A DNA stretch of 64,000 bases from Diplonema japonicum (lineage: Eukaryota; Protista; Euglenozoa: Diplonemea): contig OZ025698.1 of NCBI GenBank assembly GCA_964019335.1, positions 310,001-374,000 of the forward strand, written 5' to 3'. Shown one piece after another: positions 38,385 through 50,321 of the stretch (its first letter is position 1; the number at the start of each line of letters is the position of its first letter). The notes under the pieces are model-generated. The model was not told the origin of the DNA. It saw only the letters and a program-made list of their open reading frames with translations, and searched no databases. The translations under genes and the position numbers were made by a program.

Positions 38385-41300
38385 ATGAGCGAAGAGGACT
38401 CAGATGTGCTGGTGAAAGAAAAGTCGATGCTGGGGTTTAGTTGCAGCTTTTCTGAAGAGGAGGACAGTCCGCAGAAGTCGGGTGTGGCACTTGCTACAGG
38501 GTGTAGAGGGGTGGATGACTTCATTGATGCAACAGAAGAAGGCGGCCTGCATGGAGTCAAGCAATTCGACACTTCCTTCAACAAGGCACACTTGCACGGA
38601 CTGGCCATGAACCTGAGACGATATAAGTTTTCAGAAGCTGCTTGCAATCACCTCACCACCGTCTTGTTGGTTCTGAAATCCCCACCTCCTCTTGCCGCTC
38701 TGTTCGAAATGCCTTCCTTGGACGATCCGACAGCCGAAGCCAGGTACGTCACTGATCTTTCTTTCGTTACATTGTATCTTACTACATATGGCCGTGTTGC
38801 TCCGGGGTCGGATAGCAACTACACGCTTATCAGAGCAGGTGTCTTAACTTTCTTGTCGAGGGCGCTGCAGCACATTAAGGAGCAACCCGCCTCCACCTGC
38901 CCCTCCACTCTCCTCCGAATGGTCGTGCGCATCATTTCTATCTTGTTGAAGTACGACACCTTCGAGGCTGCTTCTTTTGTTGACGACCTAGTCGATATCT
39001 ACCCAAGGTGTAAGACAGTGAAGCTTTGTAGGAAGGAAGAGTGTCAGAGGTTCTTCGAAGAGGTGTTGGGGTGTCTTGCGGGCTGCACGTCGTCTCCCGC
39101 CTTCGGTAAGGTTGTTCTCAGTAGTAAGTCCTGCTGGTTGCTTGTTAGTAAGCTCCGGCAACACCCTGACGGCCATCTGATGCTTGCTGTTCTCACGGTC
39201 TGTTCCTTCCTGGCACGTTCTGTGCACAACCGTTCCCTCCTCATCAACCACGGCATCCTTCCTGCAGTCTGGTCGTTGACGTCGCGCAACATCTGCTTGC
39301 TCCTCCCAGATACTTCGCTCCAAGATTCTCTTTGGCTCGCCGCCTGGGGCGTCCTTCTCGCCACATATGAAACAGATAATTTCCTTTCCAACGAAGGGCA
39401 CCTTGCGGCTCTCGACGTCCTCCGTAAAAGTTGTATTACCTCTGATGACAGCAACCAAGGGGTTCGCCGGTTGTGTCTGAACTTGTTGGAGCGTGTTGTG
39501 CAGTCAGGGATGGAGAATGCTTCCTTCCTTGTGGAGAAGCAAGGTCTGGTCGATCTGTTGCTTGGGATCTTGGAGTCCGCAAAGGAGTCCTACGAAGTGC
39601 TGATCGCTGCGACGAAGGCGTTGACAGCAGTTGCATCCTACTGCGCCTTCACGCCGTTCCTTATCAATCAGAGCGCCTTCAACCAGCTGCCTCTGCGGAT
39701 CTCAGACGACGCTGTCCTGGACCTCCTCATCACTGTGCTGCGCTACCCGTCTGTCAACGCGGCATGGACCACCGTCCCTGTAAATGAGCTTGCCACTGTC
39801 TTTTCGGAGTCCCTCCACATGGAGCGTGGCACTGTGCACAAGTTGTCGTGTGTGCTGGTTCTCGCCAGCGTGTATCACTCCTTCTTCGTCCCTCCCATCA
39901 TAGTGGAATTCTTCCAACACGATCCTAGTGCTCCCTGCTATGCAAAGTGGCTTACAGATGAAACGCAAGGCGATGCGATCGGCTGTGAATACGGGTACTG
40001 TGACGTGACCCTGCGTACCACGATTCTTCTATACGAGCATGCGGCGGTGCGGAGGGAGTGCTGTTTGGAGTACTACGCGTCTTGCAGTGAGATGCACGAG
40101 CAGTGGAGGGAAGAAAGCGACGACATCCTGAAGGAAAAGCAGGACCGTGTCGATTCTGTGTCTAGGAGAAAACTTAGCGTGTCTGATGAGATCAAGCAAA
40201 GACAAGCAGAACAACTCGGAACATGCCCCGAGCGGTTCAGGGTCGGCCTCGAAGCAGCCCATGAGTACGAGCGGACATGGGACGCGTGGTCTGCACTTGA
40301 TATTTCGTCCTCCGAAGAGATACGGCTCGCGGTCACAGATCTCGTTGCCACGCAATTTGCCATCAGCCATGTCAAGCGCGTTGCGCTTGTTGCTGCTCAC
40401 GATACTGCTCTTGAGACGGAGCTCTTGAACCTCACGAACATACTAGTTCGTGACTTAAAGGACAAGCATGCCACCCTTCCCTCGTCCGACACCGATATTG
40501 ACATGCTTCTGGAACACGTCACGACAACAGTCGCAAACTACGAAGAAGCCATGCACAAGATGACTCATGAAACGTGGCTCCTGCAGACGACTTCCCTCAA
40601 TGAGGGGATCACACTTGAAAGGGATCTGTTCCGCAAGGAAGAGGAGTCATGCCGCACTGGCACCATCGAGCAGGAAGGCATCCGTTTCAAGTTCTTGATG
40701 CAGATGTGGGGTGAAACTGCAGGGCGCGCCACACGTGAGGTGTTCGCATTCCACTCGAAAGAGATTCTACTTGAAGCAACCGCTGGGAAGCTGCAGCTCG
40801 TCCTCGAAGAGGAAACCTCGAGGGAGCTGTGCGACGCGTACAAGACACAGTCTCACTTCGCGATAGTTAGCTCTCTAGTGTTAGAAGGCAAGAAGACATT
40901 GAGGGAAGGAGCGCTGAAAAACATGAATAATCGGCACAGCAGGGAAAAAGAAGACCTACTATTCAAGCAATCGAACGAGTCGAGGAAAAACGACAGCAAA
41001 GGATTGGCGGTGACGCATGAGCTGGAAAGAGTAGTGGTGCAGGAAACGCATAAAACCGAGATCAACAAACTAAATGAGGACTATTCTAGTGAATGTCAAG
41101 AAGTGCGTACCACACGGGCGGTACAGCAAGGTAAGCTCATCGAACGATGCACCGCGAACGAAGCTGTTGTGGAACGTGGGCAACGGCTGGCGGAGGAAGC
41201 GCTTCAGTGTCTGGCAGCACGAAGAGAGCAGAGAGAAGCCGAGTACGCAGTGCTGCGAGACGAGTTCGCCAAGGATTTGGAGAAGAAGTTCGCAGCGTGG

Positions 41301-44300
41301 AAGCAGGGTTCCAAGGAAGAGGCTGTCATGGAACTCGCAAAGAGCGTTGCAGCCTTCGCCTTCACTGCCGACGTCATGGAAGAACACGACAAACAACTGG
41401 CTTCCGAAATCAACTACCGCAACAAGCACTCATTAAAATGCCTCAGTGCACGGCTCAACAAGGACTCTCTAGCGGTGTACGTCAACACCATCAGCAGCTA
41501 CGAGCCGCCTCTGCAGCAGTACTCTATACCCACGTTGTGTTCAGAATTTATCGCGGGACAGACCCTCCTCGACCTCCGTACCAAGGGCGATGTAATATGG
41601 TGGCGGCAGGCAGTCGCATCGTTGCATATCTACTGGGAAACCGCACTAAAATCAGTTGTAGAGATGACTCTAGAGCAGCGCAACACGGATGTTACACACG
41701 ACCTGAGCAGCATCACGGAGAAGAACCTCGCAGCCTTCTCCTCGTGGATTGACACTCTGAAAGCCCTCGACGAAACGGACAGCGGTCTGTCTGCTGAGAG
41801 GTCATACCTGGACAACGTCGCGGCATCGTACACAAGGTGCGCCACAACAGCGATGGAACTGGTGAAGGAAATTGTTAGTTCCGTTGCAAAACAAGCGGTG
41901 TTGCAGAGTACCTTTGAGAGACACCATGCCGAGCTTGCAAAGGTCATGCAAGACATACCTGTGCCGGACATGACAGAGCTGAGCTGCACGGTACGCAACA
42001 TTGTACTGAACATCAAGCAGGCAGTCATAGATCTGTACATGGCGCTCACCACCGTTCACACTCTTGTTTATCGTTTCGAGATAAATCTAGTGTACCTCCA
42101 AGCCCTGCGGTGCAACGTGCACGAGGAGAACGCCAATGAACGTTCTCATATAGTGGCACAATGCATTGTGAGGATCCTCAAGACGGAGATGGGAAGCAGC
42201 ACCGCATGTGTGAAGGAGATGCTAGACGACGCAGAAACAAAGGGTGTGACTGTGCTGCACGCCAACGCAGCGGCATTAAGCGAAGTGCAAAAACAAGCAT
42301 GGAAAACCAAGTACTACAGCGAACGGCAGCGACTTAGAATAGAACGAGCGGAGAGAGTATGCAGTGTTGCGAAACAGCAGCTAGCAAAGACATGCTCGAA
42401 AGGGTTCTTGAAGAAGTCCGACTTTGAGAAGGCAGGCGACTTGAGCCACATGGCACTGGCGGTCAGAAACGAGGCGAACAGAGAATTGGTAATCGGCAGC
42501 GAGGGGTTCCCAAATATAGCAGATTTGAGACGCGTTCAAGAAATGCACAACACGACCAAAGGTGATGTCTTATTAGCCGAAAGAGTGGCACAAACACAAC
42601 AAGTGCAAAGGGAGAATGACCGTAGCCTGATGATCAGCAAGCTCCGTGCCTACATCGGCTCGGAGTTGTGTTCGAAGCTTTTCGCAACGTATTCCTCTTC
42701 AGTCTCGTCCATGAACAGCTTTTTCGACGAGGAAGGCATTACAGAACTGGAAGCACCGACATGGACCTCCGGCGGAGCTGCTTCCGTTCGCTTTGACAAG
42801 GCCTCACCGCCGCCCATCTTGACATGCTGCGATGTGATGCTTGGTGGTGTCCACCAGCTTCAAGTAACCACCACAATCCCCGCCGCCATCGACCTTTCCT
42901 ACTACCACCCTTTCAGCAACGCCCCGGAGTACCCACCCATCATCGGGGCTATCAACCCTGCCCACACAGAGACACTGTTAAAAACATGCACCCCGCATCT
43001 CGGTGTTCTGACTGCCATCGATTCACAACGGCATGTTTACATGCAATGGATGGCGCAGTGGAAAGCCTTCATCTCCAAAGCATGTTTTAAGACAATCAGT
43101 CCTTACCAAGGAGACTGGTTTCACCATGTGCATAGGTCCTTGGACACATGGGTTGCAGCCATGGAGGCACACATCATTGCAAGCAGGTACCACGACTCAA
43201 AGCTCCCGCAAGAGCCTTCCAAGCAAAACCTGCTCAGGGTATCAGGGACGGTGGGTAATTTGTTAAGGTACGCGATGGAGCTGAGGGTGATGGGCGATGA
43301 AGATACAGGCCGAGACATGTTGAGGATTATAGAAGGGAGGCTGAGCGACCGGCAGGTGCGTGGCATGGTTGCCAATGCAATAGAAAGGATGCATTTCGAG
43401 CAAAATTTCTGGGAGGAGGTGCGGCAGTGCGAGGCTCAATGGCCGCAAGACGGCAGCTGCGATGCGAACACATTGTCATCGAACGAGAGGCACAAGCAAC
43501 TGTATAACCTGCACCTGGACAGGTTGGTCCAGAGAGAGCGTTTAGTGTACATCGTCGACACTGCTGCCTTTAGCGAACCATCTGCACTCCCCCTTGAGGT
43601 ACCCAAGCCACCGCAAGCTATTGCCCGATTGATCACTTGTGAGATGGAGTGCAGTAAAGCCATCATCGATGAAGAAGAAGCAGAGCGGCAGCACCCCGTA
43701 CGTGAATGGGACGCTGCGATGGAAGAGTTCGTCACACAGACGCAGCTCGACGAAAGCGACGACAGGTGCACAGCGTGCAACGAGGAGTCCAACGGTGTCG
43801 GAGAAATCTTAACTTGGTTCGTGCATAATCTGGCGATGGACTTCGAACCCCTACGTGCTGTTCTGAAGAACCGGCTTGCCATTGTTTTAGAGACATCCCA
43901 CCGCCTGAATCAACGCAGCTGCCACATTAACAAGGAAATGCAGCTTATCACCCGAGCAGCCGAGGGTGCCTGGCAGTCAGGGACCCCGCCCGGTGTACCC
44001 CGTGACTATTTTCTTCAATGGGTGAAATGCCGATCCGTCCGCCCAAGATTGAGCAACGCGCAACTCCAAGATGCCTACTCCCTGTCACTTGGCTCATTCT
44101 CGCAGCTGTTGACAAGTGTAAAAGTACAGCTGAGCCTTCAGCTCCGCTTGCTGTGCGTGACGGAAGCCTCAAAAAGAAAGGACTTGATGTCCGATGAGCA
44201 AGCCTCACTTGGGACAGCCTTCGAACAAAAAGAACTCTTCGCGGCTGCATGCAGCAAGTATGCTAGAAGTGCAGCATGGTGGGGTGTACTGAAGCGGAAA

Positions 44301-47300
44301 TGGTTCAAAACCCTGGACGGTGTGGCTCAAACACTGATTGGCCTGCACTGCGAGGACTACCTGCAGAACTGCAGGTCCGACTACGATATGGTGCAGCTCT
44401 TCGTCGAAGCCGACGCCTCCCACGTGCCCCACCTGATCGAGCTGCGTACAGCACATGTATTGCAAATTTACTCTCCTTACCCCTTTCCTGAAGAGGTTTC
44501 CGAAAGGATAGCTATTGAACTCCAGGAGGCGAGATTCAGACACTTCCTCAAGGCACCGATAACCCACCTGCTGTACGAGCAGTGGGAGGTTATGCTCTCT
44601 AAAAGCTTTACAAAACTCCTCTACCGTGATCGAGACGCCATTCTGCGTGTCTTCGCGGAAGAACGAGCCAAGAACATCGTTCCGACCAACACACTTGCTG
44701 CACCAAAGAGCGCGGAAGAAGAGGAAGAAGAGGAAGACGAAAAAGACCACACACTCCCTGTAAGGCCCTATAATAGTTGGATCACCTCATCCCTGTTTCT
44801 TGCAGAAGAAGAAGGCGTGAGGCACAGCATCGCCGATCTCGAGGGTGGGTCCTTCAAGGAAATACTACGCAAGGCCGAAGCCGACGTCGTGTCGTTTTCC
44901 TATTTCCGTGAAATGCAGGTTTTGTGGCACACGTGGACGGAAACCATGCTGGCACAGGAACGCGAGGAAGCGGAAGAGGCCGCAGAAGCAGAAGTATTAA
45001 AGCAGATGCCGAAGACGATTATGCAAGAAGCCGAAGAGCGTGTGGTGGCCACCAACCAGGAGTACTTTGATCTTATGAGTGAGTACAAGTCGGGTGACTT
45101 AAGCACTGCGCTGGAACATCAAAACGAAGAGGTCCTAACGGTGACACAGATAGGCACCGACCACAGCAACGTGCTTCGCACCATGGTCAAAACCTATTTG
45201 GACCAGCGTACAACAGTGCTTAAGGAGAGGCGCAACGCAGCCCTATCGTCGTGGAAGACCGCTGCCGCACGCATACAGCGTGAACACATGGCACGGCTCT
45301 CATGGGTCCCTTGCTTCCACACAACATACGCTGACTTCGACGTACTGTTCCGCTCGCCGTCTTTGGTAGAAGTGGAAGACATTGAGAGGAACAAACTCAC
45401 AACAGAGCGGAGCACGTTCATGTACCATATACGGGAGAGTTTCATCGGGTACTGGGTACAGAATGTGACGTACCTGCGCGAGTCGAAGAAAAAGTCCACG
45501 GCAGCTGGAATCCTAGAAATGCACGCCCTGCGCGAGACTGCAAAGAAAGGAGACGCACTGTACAGAGGGAGGCAGTACGACAAAGAGTGCCGCAAGGAGA
45601 TTCACATGCCTAGCAGCTGTAGTGACATTAAAGAGATCGACAGGATGCTTAAGACCGAAATAATGTGGACGGCAAGGGCACGAATCGAAGCTAGGAAGCG
45701 TAAGCAATGGACCCGTGTTGACAGGACATGGCCCCACATGTGGGTGTGGCGTGAAGGGTACGCTTGGGCCAGCGCAGTTCAAGGACGCAAAATGGCTTGT
45801 CATCTACGCAACACAGACAGCACCGAAAACACCGATTCGCTCACAACAGTCGAGAGCGAAGAAGAGCTGCAACGTGATTGCACGGCAGTGGAGGAAGTCA
45901 CAGCGTGTCTCGATGTGGGGGTCCATGCCTTGATACTGCATTTCTGGCACGATTGTGAACAGCTTTTCAGGGCAGAAGAGCACGCCATGTTCGATCTCTT
46001 GAAGGAGCACCGCATCGGGGTGAAGGTGAGGAAGGTAGCGAGCACCCCGACGCAGGAGCTCGACAGGTACGCAGCAGCGCTTGAAACACTGCGAACGACA
46101 CCTGACGAAGTGGTGTATATGTTCATTGCTGAAGGGGCCTTCCGTTTCACATTTACATGCACGCATGGTGTCTTCCGCTGCGTCCTTCCATCGAACTGCC
46201 ACGTGTTAAAAGTGTGCGATGAAGTCTTGACAGTTTGGTGCACGTCTCAAACAGCAAAGTTACAACCCGGAATTGCCTTCGAGGCACGACACACTATAGC
46301 AACACAAACCATTGCCGACGACGAGGAGAACGAACGGGCCAGCATTTGCATGCCAGAATGGAAGCCTGATACCAGTACAAAAAACGCATGGCGCGGGGAT
46401 ATTGTGGAACAAGCGGCTAAAGCCCACACCATCATCAAAGCCAGCGCTATGGGGTGGGAAGCAGCAATGGGGTACCAAAAGGCCTACTGCGAAGCACAGT
46501 GCGCGTTCGAAGCCCAACTACTATCTGCGAACAACGCCGTGGAGAGCATCGTCCTGGAACAGCTAAGAATAGACAGCGCCCTGCTGAAAAAAACCCATAA
46601 CGACCTCACAGAACACATCGAAGAGCAAGCATCACACATCGCAGTTAAAGAACATGCGTCAGTCGAAGCACGTCACGCGCATTCCGCAGCACGATACACA
46701 GCAACACAGCTCAGCATTTTGACACCTTTCGAGCTTGATAGATGCGATCCTTTGGTAGCTTTTGAAGCCCCGGAGACCGATTCTAAAGCGGTTTTGCAGG
46801 CCATACACACGGAGCGGCTTGCACGGAACGTGGAGAGAGTCAAGGCAGACCACGACATGTTTATGTTGCAGAAGCGATCGGTTGTTTCGCTGCAGGCCAC
46901 TAAGCATCTGAAACAGCACGAGGAATTCATCAAAACACAGTTCAGGTGGTTTTTGTTCAACGTTGTGGGGTGGGGCGCGCAGTTCAAGGCGTTACTGGTA
47001 AAACAAAACCGGCCCGTGTTCGAGATAAGAGAAACACTTCAAGAACATGCGACAATCGCCTTAGAGAAGGAAGAACTACGTGCAGTCGAAGCTTTAGTTG
47101 CACAATACGAAGAAGGCATTAAACAGATGATCATGGCGGAGAAGCGTGGGGGTCTGTGGGTCTTCTGCAACGAAGAGAAACGGCAAAGAACGCAAATCCA
47201 CGACATGCTCAACGCCATGTTTTTCATGAACGTGAAGTTCCTACAACACTGCAGCACATTCGACCCGATGTGCAGCAAGATAGCCTTCGAGACACAACGA

Positions 47301-47741
47301 TATTACTGCGGTAGCTGCGTTCTCGTTCATGAGAAAGCAGCTCGATGCAAATTGGTGTACAGTTTGAAGCTTTTGGAGGCGCGGCATCTCCTTTCCACGG
47401 TGGAGCCGATTCGTATTGCAGCCGCTGCACGAGAGGTGCGTGAAAGGAACATAATTTATCAAAACTACGCCGCGGCTGTCTCTTGTGCGGTACAAGTTCT
47501 CGTTGATGGGTATCGGTTAGAAGTCTTTCACCTTCCTTCCTCCTCAACCGTTTCGCATCTCAAGAAGTTGCTTCGGGTTTATTACCCGTTTTCGCTTTTG
47601 GCCGACGGGTCGCCGCCTAGTGACGAACAAGCGCTCTCTGTCCTGAAGGGATGCGTGCTCACGTTGTCCACGTGTCCGAAAAACACGATGAACAGATGCT
47701 CTCCTCGTTATGTTGTTGCGGCTTCGGAGGGGGTTGTATAG
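38385..47741 (+). CDS. giant (3118 aa) protein: N-terminal ARM/HEAT-like repeats, long helical/coiled region, possible C-terminal Ubl-like domain
   Basis: Uninterrupted 9.4-kb ORF with a Leu-rich helical N-terminus and recurrent EE..R..I...E motifs. The C-terminus reads VQVLVDG...TVSHLKKLL...LLADG. Confidence 0.75.
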   Translation: MSEEDSDVLVKEKSMLGFSCSFSEEEDSPQKSGVALATGCRGVDDFIDATEEGGLHGVKQFDTSFNKAHLHGLAMNLRRYKFSEAACNHLTTVLLVLKSPPPLAALFEMPSLDDPTAEARYVTDLSFVTLYLTTYGRVAPGSDSNYTLIRAGVLTFLSRALQHIKEQPASTCPSTLLRMVVRIISILLKYDTFEAASFVDDLVDIYPRCKTVKLCRKEECQRFFEEVLGCLAGCTSSPAFGKVVLSSKSCWLLVSKLRQHPDGHLMLAVLTVCSFLARSVHNRSLLINHGILPAVWSLTSRNICLLLPDTSLQDSLWLAAWGVLLATYETDNFLSNEGHLAALDVLRKSCITSDDSNQGVRRLCLNLLERVVQSGMENASFLVEKQGLVDLLLGILESAKESYEVLIAATKALTAVASYCAFTPFLINQSAFNQLPLRISDDAVLDLLITVLRYPSVNAAWTTVPVNELATVFSESLHMERGTVHKLSCVLVLASVYHSFFVPPIIVEFFQHDPSAPCYAKWLTDETQGDAIGCEYGYCDVTLRTTILLYEHAAVRRECCLEYYASCSEMHEQWREESDDILKEKQDRVDSVSRRKLSVSDEIKQRQAEQLGTCPERFRVGLEAAHEYERTWDAWSALDISSSEEIRLAVTDLVATQFAISHVKRVALVAAHDTALETELLNLTNILVRDLKDKHATLPSSDTDIDMLLEHVTTTVANYEEAMHKMTHETWLLQTTSLNEGITLERDLFRKEEESCRTGTIEQEGIRFKFLMQMWGETAGRATREVFAFHSKEILLEATAGKLQLVLEEETSRELCDAYKTQSHFAIVSSLVLEGKKTLREGALKNMNNRHSREKEDLLFKQSNESRKNDSKGLAVTHELERVVVQETHKTEINKLNEDYSSECQEVRTTRAVQQGKLIERCTANEAVVERGQRLAEEALQCLAARREQREAEYAVLRDEFAKDLEKKFAAWKQGSKEEAVMELAKSVAAFAFTADVMEEHDKQLASEINYRNKHSLKCLSARLNKDSLAVYVNTISSYEPPLQQYSIPTLCSEFIAGQTLLDLRTKGDVIWWRQAVASLHIYWETALKSVVEMTLEQRNTDVTHDLSSITEKNLAAFSSWIDTLKALDETDSGLSAERSYLDNVAASYTRCATTAMELVKEIVSSVAKQAVLQSTFERHHAELAKVMQDIPVPDMTELSCTVRNIVLNIKQAVIDLYMALTTVHTLVYRFEINLVYLQALRCNVHEENANERSHIVAQCIVRILKTEMGSSTACVKEMLDDAETKGVTVLHANAAALSEVQKQAWKTKYYSERQRLRIERAERVCSVAKQQLAKTCSKGFLKKSDFEKAGDLSHMALAVRNEANRELVIGSEGFPNIADLRRVQEMHNTTKGDVLLAERVAQTQQVQRENDRSLMISKLRAYIGSELCSKLFATYSSSVSSMNSFFDEEGITELEAPTWTSGGAASVRFDKASPPPILTCCDVMLGGVHQLQVTTTIPAAIDLSYYHPFSNAPEYPPIIGAINPAHTETLLKTCTPHLGVLTAIDSQRHVYMQWMAQWKAFISKACFKTISPYQGDWFHHVHRSLDTWVAAMEAHIIASRYHDSKLPQEPSKQNLLRVSGTVGNLLRYAMELRVMGDEDTGRDMLRIIEGRLSDRQVRGMVANAIERMHFEQNFWEEVRQCEAQWPQDGSCDANTLSSNERHKQLYNLHLDRLVQRERLVYIVDTAAFSEPSALPLEVPKPPQAIARLITCEMECSKAIIDEEEAERQHPVREWDAAMEEFVTQTQLDESDDRCTACNEESNGVGEILTWFVHNLAMDFEPLRAVLKNRLAIVLETSHRLNQRSCHINKEMQLITRAAEGAWQSGTPPGVPRDYFLQWVKCRSVRPRLSNAQLQDAYSLSLGSFSQLLTSVKVQLSLQLRLLCVTEASKRKDLMSDEQASLGTAFEQKELFAAACSKYARSAAWWGVLKRKWFKTLDGVAQTLIGLHCEDYLQNCRSDYDMVQLFVEADASHVPHLIELRTAHVLQIYSPYPFPEEVSERIAIELQEARFRHFLKAPITHLLYEQWEVMLSKSFTKLLYRDRDAILRVFAEERAKNIVPTNTLAAPKSAEEEEEEEDEKDHTLPVRPYNSWITSSLFLAEEEGVRHSIADLEGGSFKEILRKAEADVVSFSYFREMQVLWHTWTETMLAQEREEAEEAAEAEVLKQMPKTIMQEAEERVVATNQEYFDLMSEYKSGDLSTALEHQNEEVLTVTQIGTDHSNVLRTMVKTYLDQRTTVLKERRNAALSSWKTAAARIQREHMARLSWVPCFHTTYADFDVLFRSPSLVEVEDIERNKLTTERSTFMYHIRESFIGYWVQNVTYLRESKKKSTAAGILEMHALRETAKKGDALYRGRQYDKECRKEIHMPSSCSDIKEIDRMLKTEIMWTARARIEARKRKQWTRVDRTWPHMWVWREGYAWASAVQGRKMACHLRNTDSTENTDSLTTVESEEELQRDCTAVEEVTACLDVGVHALILHFWHDCEQLFRAEEHAMFDLLKEHRIGVKVRKVASTPTQELDRYAAALETLRTTPDEVVYMFIAEGAFRFTFTCTHGVFRCVLPSNCHVLKVCDEVLTVWCTSQTAKLQPGIAFEARHTIATQTIADDEENERASICMPEWKPDTSTKNAWRGDIVEQAAKAHTIIKASAMGWEAAMGYQKAYCEAQCAFEAQLLSANNAVESIVLEQLRIDSALLKKTHNDLTEHIEEQASHIAVKEHASVEARHAHSAARYTATQLSILTPFELDRCDPLVAFEAPETDSKAVLQAIHTERLARNVERVKADHDMFMLQKRSVVSLQATKHLKQHEEFIKTQFRWFLFNVVGWGAQFKALLVKQNRPVFEIRETLQEHATIALEKEELRAVEALVAQYEEGIKQMIMAEKRGGLWVFCNEEKRQRTQIHDMLNAMFFMNVKFLQHCSTFDPMCSKIAFETQRYYCGSCVLVHEKAARCKLVYSLKLLEARHLLSTVEPIRIAAAAREVRERNIIYQNYAAAVSCAVQVLVDGYRLEVFHLPSSSTVSHLKKLLRVYYPFSLLADGSPPSDEQALSVLKGCVLTLSTCPKNTMNRCSPRYVVAASEGVV

Positions 47742-47806
47742 ATTTTTTTTTTCTTCTGAAACACTTCCGTGTTTTTTTTTTTCTTCTTTTTTTTTTTTTC
47801 CTCAAC

Positions 47807-47938
47807 ACAAGCGGGACCGCATCACTCGACTCCGCAAGACGATCGGTATGAAAGCAATACTCCATAAGGGGAGTATTAACAGATAGACCGATTGGGCGGC
47901 CCTCTAGCGGGAGGCTTGTCCTGTACTTTGAGTTTTTT
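47807..47938 (+). mobile_element. short 3'-end copy of the retroelement at 28082-28996
   Basis: ACAAGCG(G/A)GACCGCATCAC(T/A)CGACTCCGCAAGACG...GGGCGGCCCTC...TTGTCCTG(T/C)ACTTTGAGTTTTTT is shared with ~28839-28996. Confidence 0.8.
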
Positions 47939-48262
47939 ATTTTTTATTTTCCCCCATGTTATTTAACGATAATTGCGATCTGAAAAAAAAAAAAAATAAC
48001 ACACACACACACACACAGGGATCTGCTCCCCCCCCCCTTTTTCCCCTCCCTCACCCTTTCGTTGATAGGGCCAGGAGGGCCAGTTTAGCTCTCTTTGTTA
48101 GTGTATTTTTTTTTTTTCTCGTTCACAAAAAAAAAAAAAAAAAACCAAAAAAAAAAAAAAAAAAAAAAAAACAAATTTCCCCAACTCGATATATATATTT
48201 TTTTCCTTCAAATTTTTTAAAACGTTCTTTTCCCCCCACCCTACCCTAAAAACCCGAACGCG

Positions 48263-50284
48263 ATGACTGAGGAAGCGAAGAAGAGCCAGCACCATGAGCT
48301 CGAGGTGCTGTACATCAAAAACGAAGACGAGATAGAAGCAGCCCTGCAGGCGCACATTACGGATGAAGACTGCAAGGTAGTCGGGCTTGCGTTCAAGTCC
48401 AAGATCATCGACAAGCACCAGAGGAAGAGGAAGATCGTTCTCATTCAATTCTCCACAGAAAAGGTAAGCATTGTGATGCACATTGCACTCATGGCCGGAT
48501 GGACACCAGCCGCAGACAGCAAGTTCGCCGACATTATGCAGAATGCGGACATGAAGAAGGTCGGTCTCAACGTCCTTCAGATCGTTACGCTCTTGAAAGA
48601 CCACAACCTGGACTGCAAGGGAATCTACGACCTCATCCCCATGGCACAGAGGATAAAGAGCAACGCTGCTTTCAAGGGGAACACAAAGTACGACTTCCCC
48701 GAGCTTAATTCCGGATCGACCCAGATGAACAAGGACATCTGGACGCTCTCTGACCTTGCGCTCGGGACAAAAGGCTTCAAAACCCCTCATGAGGTCAATG
48801 CTACCTCCTGGGACAAGGCACTCTCCGAGCCCGTTGTGTCTTGGACCTCGTACGAGCCTGTTGTTGCGAAGAAAGTGCACACCTTCCTCTCCGCTGTGGA
48901 GGAAGAAGTCGACCAGGCAAAGGGCCCCACCGCCCTTCATATCACCAACTTGCCCGGAGACGTCACAAAAGAAGAGCTTGTGGAATACTTCAAATGCACC
49001 GCATCCCAGCCACCCACCATCCACACAGCACCTAAGAACCGGTCCACCGCCAACGCCGCCGTATTCTATGCTGAAGAAACCGAGGCTCAGGAGGCGCTCG
49101 TCAAATACAAAGGACAGGACTTCCGCGGGCGCGAGGTTCTTGCTGCGGAGTCCGAAGAAGATCTCAAGACGGTCGAGCAGGAGATGCAGAAGGACCGTGC
49201 GGACATGCAGGTTTACATGTCGAACCTGCCGTACTTCACCACAGAGCAGCAGCTCAGGGCGCACTTCAAGCACCTTGCTCCTGAAATCAAAGAAGCGAAG
49301 TTCTACTGCCACCAGGACCTTGGTGTTGGCTCAGTGTACTTCAACACCAACGACGCCGCTGCCCGTGCCATCGCCGAGTTCCAGAACTCCAGATTCGTCT
49401 ACGCTGTGAACAAGATGGACCCCATCACAAAGGAGCGCATCGTAGAGAGGAAGTTCAGGATTGTGATGCTCGACATCGACTTCCTCGGGGTCATCAAGAA
49501 GCAGAAGAAGGAGGACAGGACCAGGGGTAAGGGTGACGACCAGTACGACGCCCTTGACCCTTACTACTCCCACCAGCAGAGGCTCAAGAGCACAAAGAAG
49601 TACTTCACCGAAGAGGAAGAAATGCAGCAGCCAGGGTTCGGCCGCGCGCCCAGGGAGAACGAGACCCTGCAGCCGTCCAAGACCTTCACCGTGGAGGACG
49701 GGCCCAAAAAGGCTAAGATGCGAAAGGAGCCGGCAGAGAAGGCGAAGATGCGGGTTGTGGAGGGCAACCAGGAGAAGGTATGTTTTTTGGAGGGAAAAAC
49801 TGAAATTCACAATGCAGATGCCCGAGAATATGGCGCGGGAGGGTAAGGTCATTGATTGGTTGTTGCAGAAGGACAAGGGTGTTGCTGTAGGTCAGCAGGC
49901 GCCCCCACAGCAGCCACAACCACCGCCGACGCCGCCGCCGCCGCAGCAGCAGCAGCCACAGCAACCACCGCAGCAAAACCCGGCAGCTCCTGCTGTGCCG
50001 CAGTCGGTGTCGCCGCCTGCTCAGGTGCTCCCCAACCCTGGGGTGCAGCTCGGTGTTTTGCCTGAAGCCACAAAGCTGCACCAGGAACTGGCTCACCAGA
50101 ACATGGTATGCTCATGGGGGATGGCATTTTTATTTATCTCAGATGAACCAAGTCATCCAGCGGGCCAACAACATGGCGATGATGAACTACCTCTCTGCGC
50201 AGCAGAAGGTGTGTCGGGTTTTTACTTTTTCTCTCTCAAGCTTTTCTTTAGGGCGATGTTGCCGCTCAGATCCTTCTCCAACAG

Positions 50285-50321
<37 letters not shown>

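Noticed and set aside
49842-49868. Possible extra intron GTAAGG...GCAG
   Set aside because: The frame reads through as plausible protein (GKVIDWLLQ), so no intron is needed. Cannot be supported without cDNA.
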